This document shows positions 29,322 through 40,000 of a DNA stretch of 62,758 bases, piece by piece. The translations under genes and the position numbers were made by a program. The number at the start of each line of letters is the position of its first letter. Within the stretch, counting starts at the first letter, position 1. This DNA comes from a virus (Duplodnaviria; Caudoviricetes), in the IMG/VR virus record IMGVR_UViG_3300050033_000335, positions 1 through 62,758 of that record; one strand, 5' to 3'. The notes below the pieces were generated by a model. That model was not told where the DNA came from. It was given only the letters and a program-made list of their open reading frames with translations, and made no database searches.

Positions 29322-30049
29322 TTTCAGTTCCTAATACATATAAAGTAGATTTCAGTTCGGATCGGCAGGATCTTCAATATCGAGCTTTTACTCGCATGTT
29401 GAATGAATTTCATAGTAGTCCTGTTTTACTTCAAATTCTACAGGCATTAGTTTCGGAGGTACAGGCTCTTTCAAATGCAATAATAGATGTGATTGAATAT
29501 CGTACACTTTATGAAGCACAAGGTGTTACATTAGATACATTAGGACAAATTGTAGGGCAAAATGGTGCTGGGTATACAGCTGTAGTAAGTGGTTCTATTA
29601 TAGAAGAGGATGGAACTACACCTATTTATGATGAAGATGGGACTGATGTAATAACAGCTCTTTTCCAGCAATATGCTAGGTTGGGTGATCTAGACCATGC
29701 CACATTAATTTTACTAAAAATCATGTGTAATTTTACACAGCATGGTTCAGTGCCTGAAATAGCTGATGCAATATATCAGACAACCGGTTATAAATTACAG
29801 ATAATAAGGTCTGGTCCTGCTCAAATTGATCTTATTGTACCACCTAATATGGATCCTACTCTAGTTGCTATGCTAGGACAAAGAATAAGTACACCTCAAG
29901 CTGATAATGTATACCTCTTCCCATTCCCAGCCACATGCATGGTTTCAGCTGGATTTAATGAAGGAATTATAGCAGAAGATGGTGTTACTCCATTAATTGA
30001 TCAAGGACAGCTTAATGTTTTCTATTCGGAATTTATACCAGAAGATTAA
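29318..30049 (+). CDS. baseplate wedge protein (DUF2612-like)
   Basis: AQGVTLDTLGQIVG. Confidence 0.8.
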   Translation: MISVPNTYKVDFSSDRQDLQYRAFTRMLNEFHSSPVLLQILQALVSEVQALSNAIIDVIEYRTLYEAQGVTLDTLGQIVGQNGAGYTAVVSGSIIEEDGTTPIYDEDGTDVITALFQQYARLGDLDHATLILLKIMCNFTQHGSVPEIADAIYQTTGYKLQIIRSGPAQIDLIVPPNMDPTLVAMLGQRISTPQADNVYLFPFPATCMVSAGFNEGIIAEDGVTPLIDQGQLNVFYSEFIPED

Positions 30050-30061
30050 AGGGGTTATACT

Positions 30062-30610
30062 ATGAGTGGAACAATAATGATTTCTCAAATGCCCACTGAA
30101 GTTACTATCGATGGAACTGAAATTATTCCAACACTTCAGGGCGGTATTAATAAAACTATGAATATGGCTCAACTGTTAGCATATATCACATCGGCTCTTG
30201 CCAGTGAGTTTGCCCCAGTTGCCACTAATCCGCTATTAGCTACGTTAGAGGCAGTATATCCTGTTGGATCTGTATACTTAAATGCTAACCAAGCTACTAA
30301 TCCTGCAACCTTATTTGGTTTTGGAAGTTGGGCACTCCAAGCTGATAAATTTATTATCGGTGCGGGTGGATCTTATTCAGTAGGAGCTACAGGCGGTGAG
30401 TCTACTCATACCTTAACTACTGCGGAAATGCCAGCCCATAATCATAATTATGAAGAGCCAGCAGCCATAGGGGAACAAGCAACAGGCCCGACTGGCAATT
30501 ATTCAACAGCAGGTTTAAGTAATCAGGTTACTGCGTCTACAGGGGGAGGATCAGCTCACAATAATATGCCCCCATATATTGCATATTATATCTGGGTAAG
30601 AGAGGCGTGA
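30062..30610 (+). CDS. short tail fibre/baseplate protein
   Basis: YPVGSVY, NPATLFGFGSW, TGGESTHTLTTAEMPAHNH, AHNNMPPY. Confidence 0.85.
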   Translation: MSGTIMISQMPTEVTIDGTEIIPTLQGGINKTMNMAQLLAYITSALASEFAPVATNPLLATLEAVYPVGSVYLNANQATNPATLFGFGSWALQADKFIIGAGGSYSVGATGGESTHTLTTAEMPAHNHNYEEPAAIGEQATGPTGNYSTAGLSNQVTASTGGGSAHNNMPPYIAYYIWVREA

Positions 30611-30611
30611 C

Positions 30612-32663
30612 ATGAAAAATTCATTAAAATATTTATTCTTAATTCCATTAATTTGTTTAATGGCCTCTTTCAGCTCTGCTGACTTCCGGCTTTTTGATGC
30701 TATTCAAGTCAGAAGGGGGCCACAAAGTCAACTACCTGCCGCTGGAAGAATGGGTGAACCTCTTTTTACTACTGATACTCATCGATTTTTTATAGGATAT
30801 AGTACAGGAAAGATTGAGATTGCCAATACGGGATTCTCAGGATATTCATCTGCTGCAGCTTCTGCTGCTAGATCTGCCGGGGAATCTGCTTTACTAGCTG
30901 CTCAGAATGGGGCATTATCTGTTAGTTCTGCTAATACTGCTGCTCAGAATGCAGCTGCTGCCGCCGCTAATTCTGCTATTGCTGCGACTAATAGTAATAA
31001 TGCTGCATCTGCTGCAGTAGCTGCAGCAACTTCAGAGAGTAATGCAATAGCAGCAGAAGCTGCAGCTATACTTGCCCAGAATGCAACTACAGGTATTTAT
31101 AATAGTACAGTAGTATTAAAAAATGGTGCAACATCCTCTGCTGCCGCCGCCGGAAATAGTGCAACAGCTGCTAATAATTCTGCTAGTATTGCGCAAACTG
31201 CATCACAACTTTCAAATACTGCATTTGGCCAATCTAGTGCTGCTGCTTATGCAGCTAATGTGTCAGCAACTACAGCGTCTGTTCAGTCAGCTAATGCTGC
31301 CTCCAGTGCTTCAGCTGCTGCTAATAGTGCCACTACAGCTTATACTTATGAGACAGCAACACAAGCTGCAGCTACAGTAGTACAAAGTTCCAATATTGTA
31401 GCTAATGCCGTAGCTGCTCAAAATTGGGCATTTTCTTCTTACACCGCTGCTCAATTAGCATCAGCTAGTGCTTCTGCTGCTGGGGGTTATGCTTCTAGTG
31501 CTAGTACCAGTGCTACCAATGCTGCCACATCTGCCGGAAATGCTTATAATTATATGTCTCAAGCTGCTTCTTCCAGTACAACTGCACAATCTGCGGCCAC
31601 TTCTGCAAATAGTTTTGCTGGTACTGGAAGTGCATACGCTACTACAGCTGTAAATTCTTCCGTTACTGCCACTAATGCTTCATCTAGCGCAGGAGCTTCC
31701 GCTGTAGCAGCAGCAGCTTCCGCTACTGCGGCTAGTACATCCGCTGGAAATGCTTATACTTATTCTACACAAGCAGCTGCATCTAATAGTACAGCTCAAT
31801 CTGCAGCGTCTGCTGCAGGCACCTACGCTACAAATGCAGGTGCTTCTGCCGGTACTGCACAAACTGCCTCAAGTCTTGCTAATTCAGCTTTTGGCCAGGC
31901 TAGTGCTTCTGCTTATGCAGCGTCTGCTTCCGCTACTGCGGCTAGTACATCCGCTGGAAATGCTTATAATTACATGTCCGCTGCAGCTGTCTCTGATAGC
32001 CATGCATCTTCTGCTTCTACATCCTCCCAAAATTTTGCCGGGACAGCCGCAGGTTATGCCACTACTGCTGTAAATGCTTCTGCTTCTGCTTCTGCTTCTG
32101 CTAATACATTTAATGCTCAATACACTATTAAGGTTGACTCTAATGGAAAAGTAGCCGGGATAGGTCTTTATAGTGATCAAACTCTTGGAAGCCAGATAAA
32201 TTTCACAGCTGATGCTATTAATATAAATTCAGGTAAGGATACCGCAGCAGATACTACTTCAGGGTATTTCTTGGGAACAGAATCAGGCATACCTAAATTT
32301 TCTATAGGTAATGCTACTAATTGGCTAAAATGGGATGGTACTACTCTTAACTATACAGGCGCTGTACAGGGGCAAAGATTTGCGCGGGGCGTAGTAAACA
32401 GTGATGGAAGTATAGTTTCTGGAACAGGGTTTACTGTAGCTTCTCATATTATTAGCGGATATGGTTATTATACTATAACTTTTACGACTCCTTTTTCAAC
32501 TCCTCCTACTGTGGTAGCTACAGCCCATGCTGCAGCATATGTTATAATTACAGGGCCTGGACAAACCGGAGAAGCTACAACTACATCTTTTGAGGTTCGT
32601 ATGTGGAACGGATCTAATTATCCAGCCGAACCTTTCTCATTCATAGCAATGGGGGATAATTAA
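30612..32663 (+). CDS. tail-fibre-like protein with signal peptide
   Basis: Signal peptide; IQVRRG..GEPLFTTDT fibre N-domain; long Ala/Ser coiled coil; QYTIKVDSNGKVAGIGL (lambda J C-terminal-like); ITFTTPFSTPPTVV C-domain. Confidence 0.8.
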   Translation: MKNSLKYLFLIPLICLMASFSSADFRLFDAIQVRRGPQSQLPAAGRMGEPLFTTDTHRFFIGYSTGKIEIANTGFSGYSSAAASAARSAGESALLAAQNGALSVSSANTAAQNAAAAAANSAIAATNSNNAASAAVAAATSESNAIAAEAAAILAQNATTGIYNSTVVLKNGATSSAAAAGNSATAANNSASIAQTASQLSNTAFGQSSAAAYAANVSATTASVQSANAASSASAAANSATTAYTYETATQAAATVVQSSNIVANAVAAQNWAFSSYTAAQLASASASAAGGYASSASTSATNAATSAGNAYNYMSQAASSSTTAQSAATSANSFAGTGSAYATTAVNSSVTATNASSSAGASAVAAAASATAASTSAGNAYTYSTQAAASNSTAQSAASAAGTYATNAGASAGTAQTASSLANSAFGQASASAYAASASATAASTSAGNAYNYMSAAAVSDSHASSASTSSQNFAGTAAGYATTAVNASASASASANTFNAQYTIKVDSNGKVAGIGLYSDQTLGSQINFTADAININSGKDTAADTTSGYFLGTESGIPKFSIGNATNWLKWDGTTLNYTGAVQGQRFARGVVNSDGSIVSGTGFTVASHIISGYGYYTITFTTPFSTPPTVVATAHAAAYVIITGPGQTGEATTTSFEVRMWNGSNYPAEPFSFIAMGDN

Positions 32664-32664
32664 G

Positions 32665-32991
32665 ATGGTTACACCTCTTTCAGAATTTACAGATATTATC
32701 CAGGTAGGAACAACCTTAATACGTTCTTATAATACAGGAACGTTAGATACTTCCAGTATGACACCCCGTTTTAAGCTCTTTAGAAGATTTGATGGGGCTG
32801 ATATGGGAACAGTACAATCATCAAAAACAGATGCTTTTAACTGGGCATTTGTAATAGCGTATGCTGTGACTAATTTACTTAGTCCTAATTTTGTTTACGA
32901 ATTATCAATAAGTTTTGATGATGGTAATGGCAATTGTATTCCGCATGGAATAATTCATTACATCGTATCTCCTGGGGAACTACATTTATGA
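32665..32991 (+). CDS. hypothetical tail-module protein
   Basis: ORF in operon context. Confidence 0.65.
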   Translation: MVTPLSEFTDIIQVGTTLIRSYNTGTLDTSSMTPRFKLFRRFDGADMGTVQSSKTDAFNWAFVIAYAVTNLLSPNFVYELSISFDDGNGNCIPHGIIHYIVSPGELHL

Positions 32992-33191
32992 GTTCTTATA
33001 GTTTAATAAATTACGAATCAAATTCTGTTAGCCAGCCTTCTATAAATGGAACGCTATCCGCTAAATTTTACGGTGGATATTTAGATAATCTTTCTTTAGA
33101 TCAAATTATAATAGCAGAAGGCCAAGTTTTTGATAAAGTCACAGGACTCCCTTTGTTTGATGAAATTACCGGACTTCCGATAGTAATATAA
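32988..33191 (+). CDS. small tail-module protein
   Basis: ATGA overlap; repeated FD..TGLP motif. Confidence 0.55.
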   Translation: MSSYSLINYESNSVSQPSINGTLSAKFYGGYLDNLSLDQIIIAEGQVFDKVTGLPLFDEITGLPIVI

Positions 33192-33206
33192 GGAGAAAAA
33201 TAAATT

Positions 33207-36200
33207 ATGAGAAAATTTCCATCAATCGTTACTTTTATCCTCCTAATGCTTATTGGCAGTTGGGTAAGCGGTACTGTCAATCCGACTAAAGTATATCTTC
33301 AAGATCTCCTTTCCGGGAGTTCTAAAGATATGACACCTGGGGCTACAACCAAAGTACCAGTTACTGAAAGTGGTACTATTATGTATATCGCCTACACTTC
33401 ATTTCATGGGTCTCCAGGTATTCAAGGTACTCCTGGAATACCAGGAGCATCTATTAACTGGAAAGGAATATGGTCCAGTTCTACAACATATCATCCTTTA
33501 GACGGAGTTTTTAGACTAGGCTCATCTTATCGCGCACTCTTCACTAACTCTGTTGTTGATCCTGCAACAGATACCTATGGAGCTTATTGGTCTCCTATAG
33601 CTATTGGTGGAAGTAGTATTATTGCAAGTTCACTGTCATATTCTAATATATCTGCTGCAATTAGATTAGGCGGATCTTTAGTATTAGGAAAGTCTTTCCC
33701 TGAGGCTAATGACTATTTTACATTTTGGGATTACAGTACTGGAGGACAAGTTAAAATTCCCTGGAGTTTTATCAAAACTAACCTGCTAAATGCAATGGCA
33801 TCTACTTACGTACCCAATACAATCGCCATTAATGGGCAGGCTCTTAGTAATAATGTTGTTATTACTACTATTACAGGTAATGCAGGAACTGCTACTGCTT
33901 TAGCTACAACACCATCAGATTGCGCATCTGGGCAAGTACCTTCTGGAATTTTAGCTAATGGTAATGCTACAGGGTGCTTTACTCCCTCCGGCAATTATAG
34001 TTTACCTACAGCTACTTCTGGTACGCTTGGTGGTGTAAAACCAGATGGAAGTAGCGTTATAAATGTAGCCGGTGCAATTTCTGTTACTCCTGCTTCAATT
34101 GGGCTTCCTGCCAATTTAGTTACTATGAGCAATTTAAGTTCGGCCACTGTGAGATCAGCTCGAAATGCAACAATGCTTTCTGCACCGTCTCTTATTCCTA
34201 ATGGAAGTACTGTTGTAACACAATCTACCGGAGACAATACTACTAAACCTGCAAGTAATGCTTTTGTAAATAACAGTATTACTGCAGCATCCTCTAATTA
34301 TGCCACAGCATCTCAAGGAGCTTTAGCTGCTAGTGCGTTACAACCATTTCCAACTGAAGCTCAGGGCAATGTATATGCAGGCCCGGTAACAGGTAGTGGA
34401 TCTCCATTATTTAGAACATTAACTTCTACTGATATATCTTTTGCAGCTACTACTTCCATGCTTTCCAACTACCTCACCACGGCTAATGCTGCATCCGGGT
34501 ATGAGTCATTAGGATCATTCCATAACTATTCTACCGGGAAGGCATCCCAGTTATCTGTGATAATAGGTTCTATATCTGGAAAACAAGCTGCACTGTCTAA
34601 TTATAGCTGTGCAGGATCAAGTCTATTTAAGAAATTTGTAGGGAATGGTTGGGTATGTTCAATCCCTTCCCCGTCTTCTGGGGGTACTACTATGTCAGTT
34701 ACCGGGTTTAGACCTATTTCCAGTTCGCAAGGGACTAATCCTGTAATCTCTATCATACCTGCTACAGACAGTTTGCCAGGTAGTATGAGTGCATCAGATA
34801 AGATTAAGGTGGACGCCTATCCTAACTATGCAGGGCCTTATGTTCCTCAAGCAACTACTGTGAATACACATGCATTATCTGGGAATATAGTAGTATCTGC
34901 TTCGGATCTTACAGTAGGAACTTTGCCCCATGCCCAACTTCCAAATTTAGTTAGTGGAGATATTCCCGATAATGCAGCTAACACTAGCGGATCGGCAAGA
35001 TCGCTTTCGGCCTCTCTTATATTTAAAAACTTCTCCGCAGCTTATCGAGCTAACTTTGGAGAGATAACACCCAGCACAATAGGGGCAGCAACCTCGGCTC
35101 AAGGTGCTTTAGCAGCTAGCGCCCTACAACCTTATGGGAGCCAGTTAGCAAACTATGTTTTAGCATCCCCCAATGGCTCTTCCGGGGCTTTATCTCCTCG
35201 GGCCTTAGTGACAGCTGATGTTCCTAATTTACCTTGGGGTAAGATAACGTCAGGTGTTCCATCATACCTTTTGACTAATCAGAGTATCACCCTGTCAGGA
35301 GATGCTACGGGTAGTGGAACAACTTCAATTCCTGTTACTTTAGTTAATTCGGGAGTGACTTTTGGTTCTTATAGCTATGCTCATATTGTGGTTAATACCA
35401 AGGGTATTATAACCCATGCAGATAGAGCTACATCTCCTTCTATAACCGTAGGATCTACAACAACAGGAGTTGCAGGAAGTAATGCAGCAATCACTAATTC
35501 GGGATCATCTCTTAAGCCTGTTCTTAATTTTGCCATACCCCGAGGCTTTGCCGGGTATTCTGGAGCACAAGGAGCAGCAGGTGCCGGTATCTCGGTAGGG
35601 TCTGATGGCCAATACGGATGGTTAACTAGTGCAAACACCAGTAATTATAGTATGTGCGGAACAGGGCTTTATGGTTTTAACTGGATCTCTGGAAATCTAT
35701 ATGAATGCCTAAATGGTAGCAATATTCTATTTAATGGTGGGTATACTCTTCCTATAGCTAGTTCTTCAGTATTAGGTGGTGTAAAACCTGATGGAACTAG
35801 TATTTTAAATACAAGCGGAGCTATCTCAGCCACTGCGGCTTCAGTAGGTGCTATCCCGGCAGGATCATTAGGAAGTGCATCAACTTTAGCTGCAACCAAT
35901 CTAACTAATGGTCTATTTTGTACATACAGTTCTGCTGGATCTGGAAAAATTAAATGCAATAAAACCCCAGCTGCTGGTGGATCAATGGTGTATCCATCTG
36001 GGTCTGGCATCCCAGTGGTGACAAGTGGGACCTCATGGAATACTACTGTAGCGGCGCCTGCAGGAACTATTGTTGGAACAACCGATATCCAGGTTCTTAC
36101 AAATAAGATTATTGATGAACCAATTACAATACTCGGGCCAAGTCTTAGCTCATCTGCTGGCTCCGGATTAAATATTGGGGGCAATTCGGGTCTAACGGCG

Positions 36201-37049
36201 GGATCTGTTTATGATACAGCCATGGCCTTAGCTAAAGCTAATGCTACAACAACAATGCCAGCTATGTGTCTTGCTACTAGTTCTTCAAACTGTATGTTTT
36301 CTGGGGTTTATAAATTCTCAGGAAGCCAGGGTTGGACTGCTGGTCAATTGCTTTATCCCAGTTCTGCTACTGCAGGTGCTCTAGTTACTACCGCACCCGG
36401 AAATTTAGTTCAAATTTTTGGCACAGCTTTAGCTTCTGACACTATGCTAATTATGCCCACTCTAACAATGACTGGCTCAGGTAGTCCAAGTCCATTCGTT
36501 TCAGATACTTTGGCAGATACCAACGGGACACTACTTACAACTCATTCTCCACAAACAGGAGGCCCTTGGTATGCAGAGTCCGGTAACTTTACTATTTATG
36601 GAAATCAGGCCTATAATAGTGGCAGTTATGCTTATCTCTATGCCAATGCTACTCCACCAACCGCCAATTACACAGTAGAATCTGATTTTTATGTGGCTAG
36701 CATGGCATCTGAAATACTTATAACTGGAAGGATGAATACATCCGCTCAAACTTTCTATGCCTTTGGTTATTATGCTCCAGGTACAGAATGGATTCTTTAT
36801 AAAGTAGTTGCAAATGCATGGACTACATTGGGAATATATAGTCAAACCCTTACTCCTGGAAATACGTATCACGGGCTATTAACCATAAATGGATCAAGTA
36901 TATCCGCCTCAGTTGGAGGGACCCAGGTGATTGCTCCGGTAACTGATACTGGAATTTCAGCTACAGGAAAAGCTGGTGTATATGGTGATGTTTCTACTAC
37001 TTCCTCGACTGGTATTCATCTTCTCAACTTTAAAGCGACAGGACTGTAA
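33207..37049 (+). CDS. large fibre/adhesin-like protein with signal peptide
   Basis: 1280 aa; signal peptide; collagen-like G-x-x triplets; repeated YxLPxAxSxxLGGVKPDG; C-terminal lectin-like beta-sandwich. Confidence 0.8.
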   Translation: MRKFPSIVTFILLMLIGSWVSGTVNPTKVYLQDLLSGSSKDMTPGATTKVPVTESGTIMYIAYTSFHGSPGIQGTPGIPGASINWKGIWSSSTTYHPLDGVFRLGSSYRALFTNSVVDPATDTYGAYWSPIAIGGSSIIASSLSYSNISAAIRLGGSLVLGKSFPEANDYFTFWDYSTGGQVKIPWSFIKTNLLNAMASTYVPNTIAINGQALSNNVVITTITGNAGTATALATTPSDCASGQVPSGILANGNATGCFTPSGNYSLPTATSGTLGGVKPDGSSVINVAGAISVTPASIGLPANLVTMSNLSSATVRSARNATMLSAPSLIPNGSTVVTQSTGDNTTKPASNAFVNNSITAASSNYATASQGALAASALQPFPTEAQGNVYAGPVTGSGSPLFRTLTSTDISFAATTSMLSNYLTTANAASGYESLGSFHNYSTGKASQLSVIIGSISGKQAALSNYSCAGSSLFKKFVGNGWVCSIPSPSSGGTTMSVTGFRPISSSQGTNPVISIIPATDSLPGSMSASDKIKVDAYPNYAGPYVPQATTVNTHALSGNIVVSASDLTVGTLPHAQLPNLVSGDIPDNAANTSGSARSLSASLIFKNFSAAYRANFGEITPSTIGAATSAQGALAASALQPYGSQLANYVLASPNGSSGALSPRALVTADVPNLPWGKITSGVPSYLLTNQSITLSGDATGSGTTSIPVTLVNSGVTFGSYSYAHIVVNTKGIITHADRATSPSITVGSTTTGVAGSNAAITNSGSSLKPVLNFAIPRGFAGYSGAQGAAGAGISVGSDGQYGWLTSANTSNYSMCGTGLYGFNWISGNLYECLNGSNILFNGGYTLPIASSSVLGGVKPDGTSILNTSGAISATAASVGAIPAGSLGSASTLAATNLTNGLFCTYSSAGSGKIKCNKTPAAGGSMVYPSGSGIPVVTSGTSWNTTVAAPAGTIVGTTDIQVLTNKIIDEPITILGPSLSSSAGSGLNIGGNSGLTAGSVYDTAMALAKANATTTMPAMCLATSSSNCMFSGVYKFSGSQGWTAGQLLYPSSATAGALVTTAPGNLVQIFGTALASDTMLIMPTLTMTGSGSPSPFVSDTLADTNGTLLTTHSPQTGGPWYAESGNFTIYGNQAYNSGSYAYLYANATPPTANYTVESDFYVASMASEILITGRMNTSAQTFYAFGYYAPGTEWILYKVVANAWTTLGIYSQTLTPGNTYHGLLTINGSSISASVGGTQVIAPVTDTGISATGKAGVYGDVSTTSSTGIHLLNFKATGL

Positions 37050-37051
37050 TT

Positions 37052-40000
37052 ATGCTGAATAGACTATTAATTATTTTATTCATTTTGCTTTTTGCTCGGC
37101 TAGGATTCGCTGCTCCTGTTGTTTCTTCATCGAGCGGTACGTTTAATAACGGGGCTACAGTGACCGTGAGTGGGGCCGGATTTGGTATAAAAAGCCCGGC
37201 TACTCCGGTATTGTGGTCTGATTTTGCTACAAGCATAAGCCCTAGTAATTTAGGCCAGAAAACCTCATGGGATGGAAATGACAATATGGTTTACTCTACT
37301 AGCCTACCATCTGGCACAGGTACTACCAATGGAGTTGTTGGGGCATGGGGTACTCAAACCGGGACTGCTGCTTTTGATCTGCAAGTTAATCAATCCAATT
37401 ATTCTAAAGTTTATAACTTTACAAAAATGTATTTAACTAATACATCATCTTCGAATATGAAGTTTTGGAGATTATGGCCAACTACATTATATAATGATTT
37501 TGTAGCATCTACCAGCCAAGGTGGAATCTGCCTAAATGAAGTAGATACTACCAATCCAAGTCGCTACCAAGCTGTTAGCTTTTCTCCTAACACCTGGTAT
37601 ACTCAGGAGTTTATGTGGCAGTACTCTGGTGGTACTGGTATACCTAGTAATGGCGGGAATACTGGTATATGGGATTATAAACAAAATGGTCTAACTATGC
37701 AGCATATGGAAAATGTTAATAATAACGGAGGTTATGGTAACACACAGAATAACTTAGTTGATGGGGTTTTTACTGATTCTGATGATCTCCTGCCTAACGG
37801 AAGCAAGGTATACATGACATCTTTTTATGTAGATAATACCTATGCTCGTATAATGATAGGGAATGCTTCTACATTAGCTGCATCTACCCAAAGAGAAATA
37901 CAAATACCGCAAGCATGGTCTGCCACTCAGGCAACTGTAGTTGTCAACCAAGGAAGTTTTGCGAATAATTCTAATGCTTATTTGTATGTAGTCGATTCTA
38001 CCGGGGCTGCTAGTAACGCTCTTGCTATTACTTTCGGTAGTGGTAGTGGAGGAGGTGGGCCGGTGGTCACCAGTTTTACTCTTCCATCTACCTCTGCTTC
38101 TCTAACTGTACCTATCAGTTCTTTTACAGCTACAGATCCAAATGGTGTTACAGGATATTGTGTAACTACTACTAATTCTTCTTCAGGATGCTCTTGGAAT
38201 TCATCCCCCAATACTTCCATTACTTTTGGATCAAGTGGAAGTCAAACTGCATACGCTTGGGCTAAAGATGCAGCAGCAACTATAAGTTCTTCAGTTTCGG
38301 CTAGTACCACCATTAATCTTTCTTCAGGGGTAACTACAGCCGATACCAACGCTAATGCCCGAACGGTGGCTACTCTTTCATATCTTAAAAATTTATCTAA
38401 TCAATATGTTGGTGGACAAATGACGCAAATTGGTTGGGATAATATGATCCCAACAATCAAGTCCAATTTTGGAAATTATCCAGGTGTTATAGGATTTGAT
38501 GCTCATTATGATTATTCTTCTTCAGAGCTTAGTCAATTAGCTTCTTGGTCTAATGGCCAAGGAAGTAATAGCAATAGTCTTATAACTCTAGTTGAACATT
38601 TGAATAATCCTGTGACTCAATCTAGCATTCATTCTCCTGGAAGTGGAAGTGGAAGTGGAACAGCCTGGGATACTACAAGCGTTGACTTTTCTGCTCTCAC
38701 AACTAATTCTAACTTTCTTGCAGATCTAAGTGATGTAGCTAATACCATAGCAACTCTTCAAACAGCTGGTGTTACTGTTCTTTATCGGCCCTTCCATGAG
38801 ATGAATGGTAATTGGTTCTGGTGGGGAAATAAACCAGCCGCACAATTTATAAGTGTTTGGCAATTTATCTTTAACTATTTAACAGTGACTAAGGGACTCC
38901 ATAATATTCTCTTTGTCTATTCTATCAACGGTAATACAGGAAATGACACAACTTACTATCCTGGAACAAATTATGTTGATATAGTAGGTTACGATATATA
39001 TAATGGTGTAAACCCGGTTATATCTAGCGATTATTCTGCCTTAACTGCTCTAGGCAAACCTTTTGCTATTACAGAATATGGGCCTTGCACTGCCAGCGGA
39101 TGTTCTTCCAATACTAATTGGTCTGCATTTATTTCTGATGTAAAGAGCAGTATGCCTAAGACAACTTACTGGATGAACTGGAGTGATAACGGATCTCCTG
39201 CTACATCTGGCAATAGTTGGGTTTATAACTCTTCTGGCACTACCGGAATTTTAGCTGATTCATCAGTTATAACCGGAAATGAAATCTCGCTAGGATCTTC
39301 ACCTTATAGTATTACAACCAGTGTAAGTGGTGGAAATGGTAGTCTTAGTTGCTCGCCAACTACGGTTTCTAGTGGAGGAAGTAGCACTTGCACTTTATCC
39401 CCAAACACCGGATATTCAATATCTAGTTTAACTGATAATAGTAGCAGTGTAATGTCCTCTCTTTCTGGAAAAACATATACTATTTCCAATGTAACCGGTA
39501 ATCATAGTATAATTGCTGGATTTATAATCAACTCTTACACTGTTACAGCTACACCAGGTAGTAATGGTACTTTAGATGGTAGCACTACTTCCCCTAAAAC
39601 TGTTAATTATGGAGGAACAACTGATTTTCTATTTGATGCCAACACTGGATACTATGTTAAATCCATTAGCGGATGTAATCAAACTGCATTCAACAATAGT
39701 CTTAACACCGTAAACTCCCAATCCTATACTACTGGTACTATCACCGGAGCATGCACTGTTACTGGAAATTTCAGTATCCAGGTTTGGCCCATGGCCTTTT
39801 TGGCTGGACCCAATGGGTCTATAAGTGGAACCAGCCCTCAAAATATCAATTATGGGTCTAATTGCACATCAGTTACCGCAGTACCTAATGCTGGATATAA
39901 TTTTGTTAATTGGACTGGAACAAATGGTTTTTCGCTTACTACTGCTAACCCATTAACTGTAACAGGGGTGACTACATCTCAAACCATTACTGCTAATTTT

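Noticed and set aside
30612-32663. Diversity-generating retroelement target (Mtd-like N-terminus)
   Set aside because: No reverse transcriptase and no TR/VR pair seen
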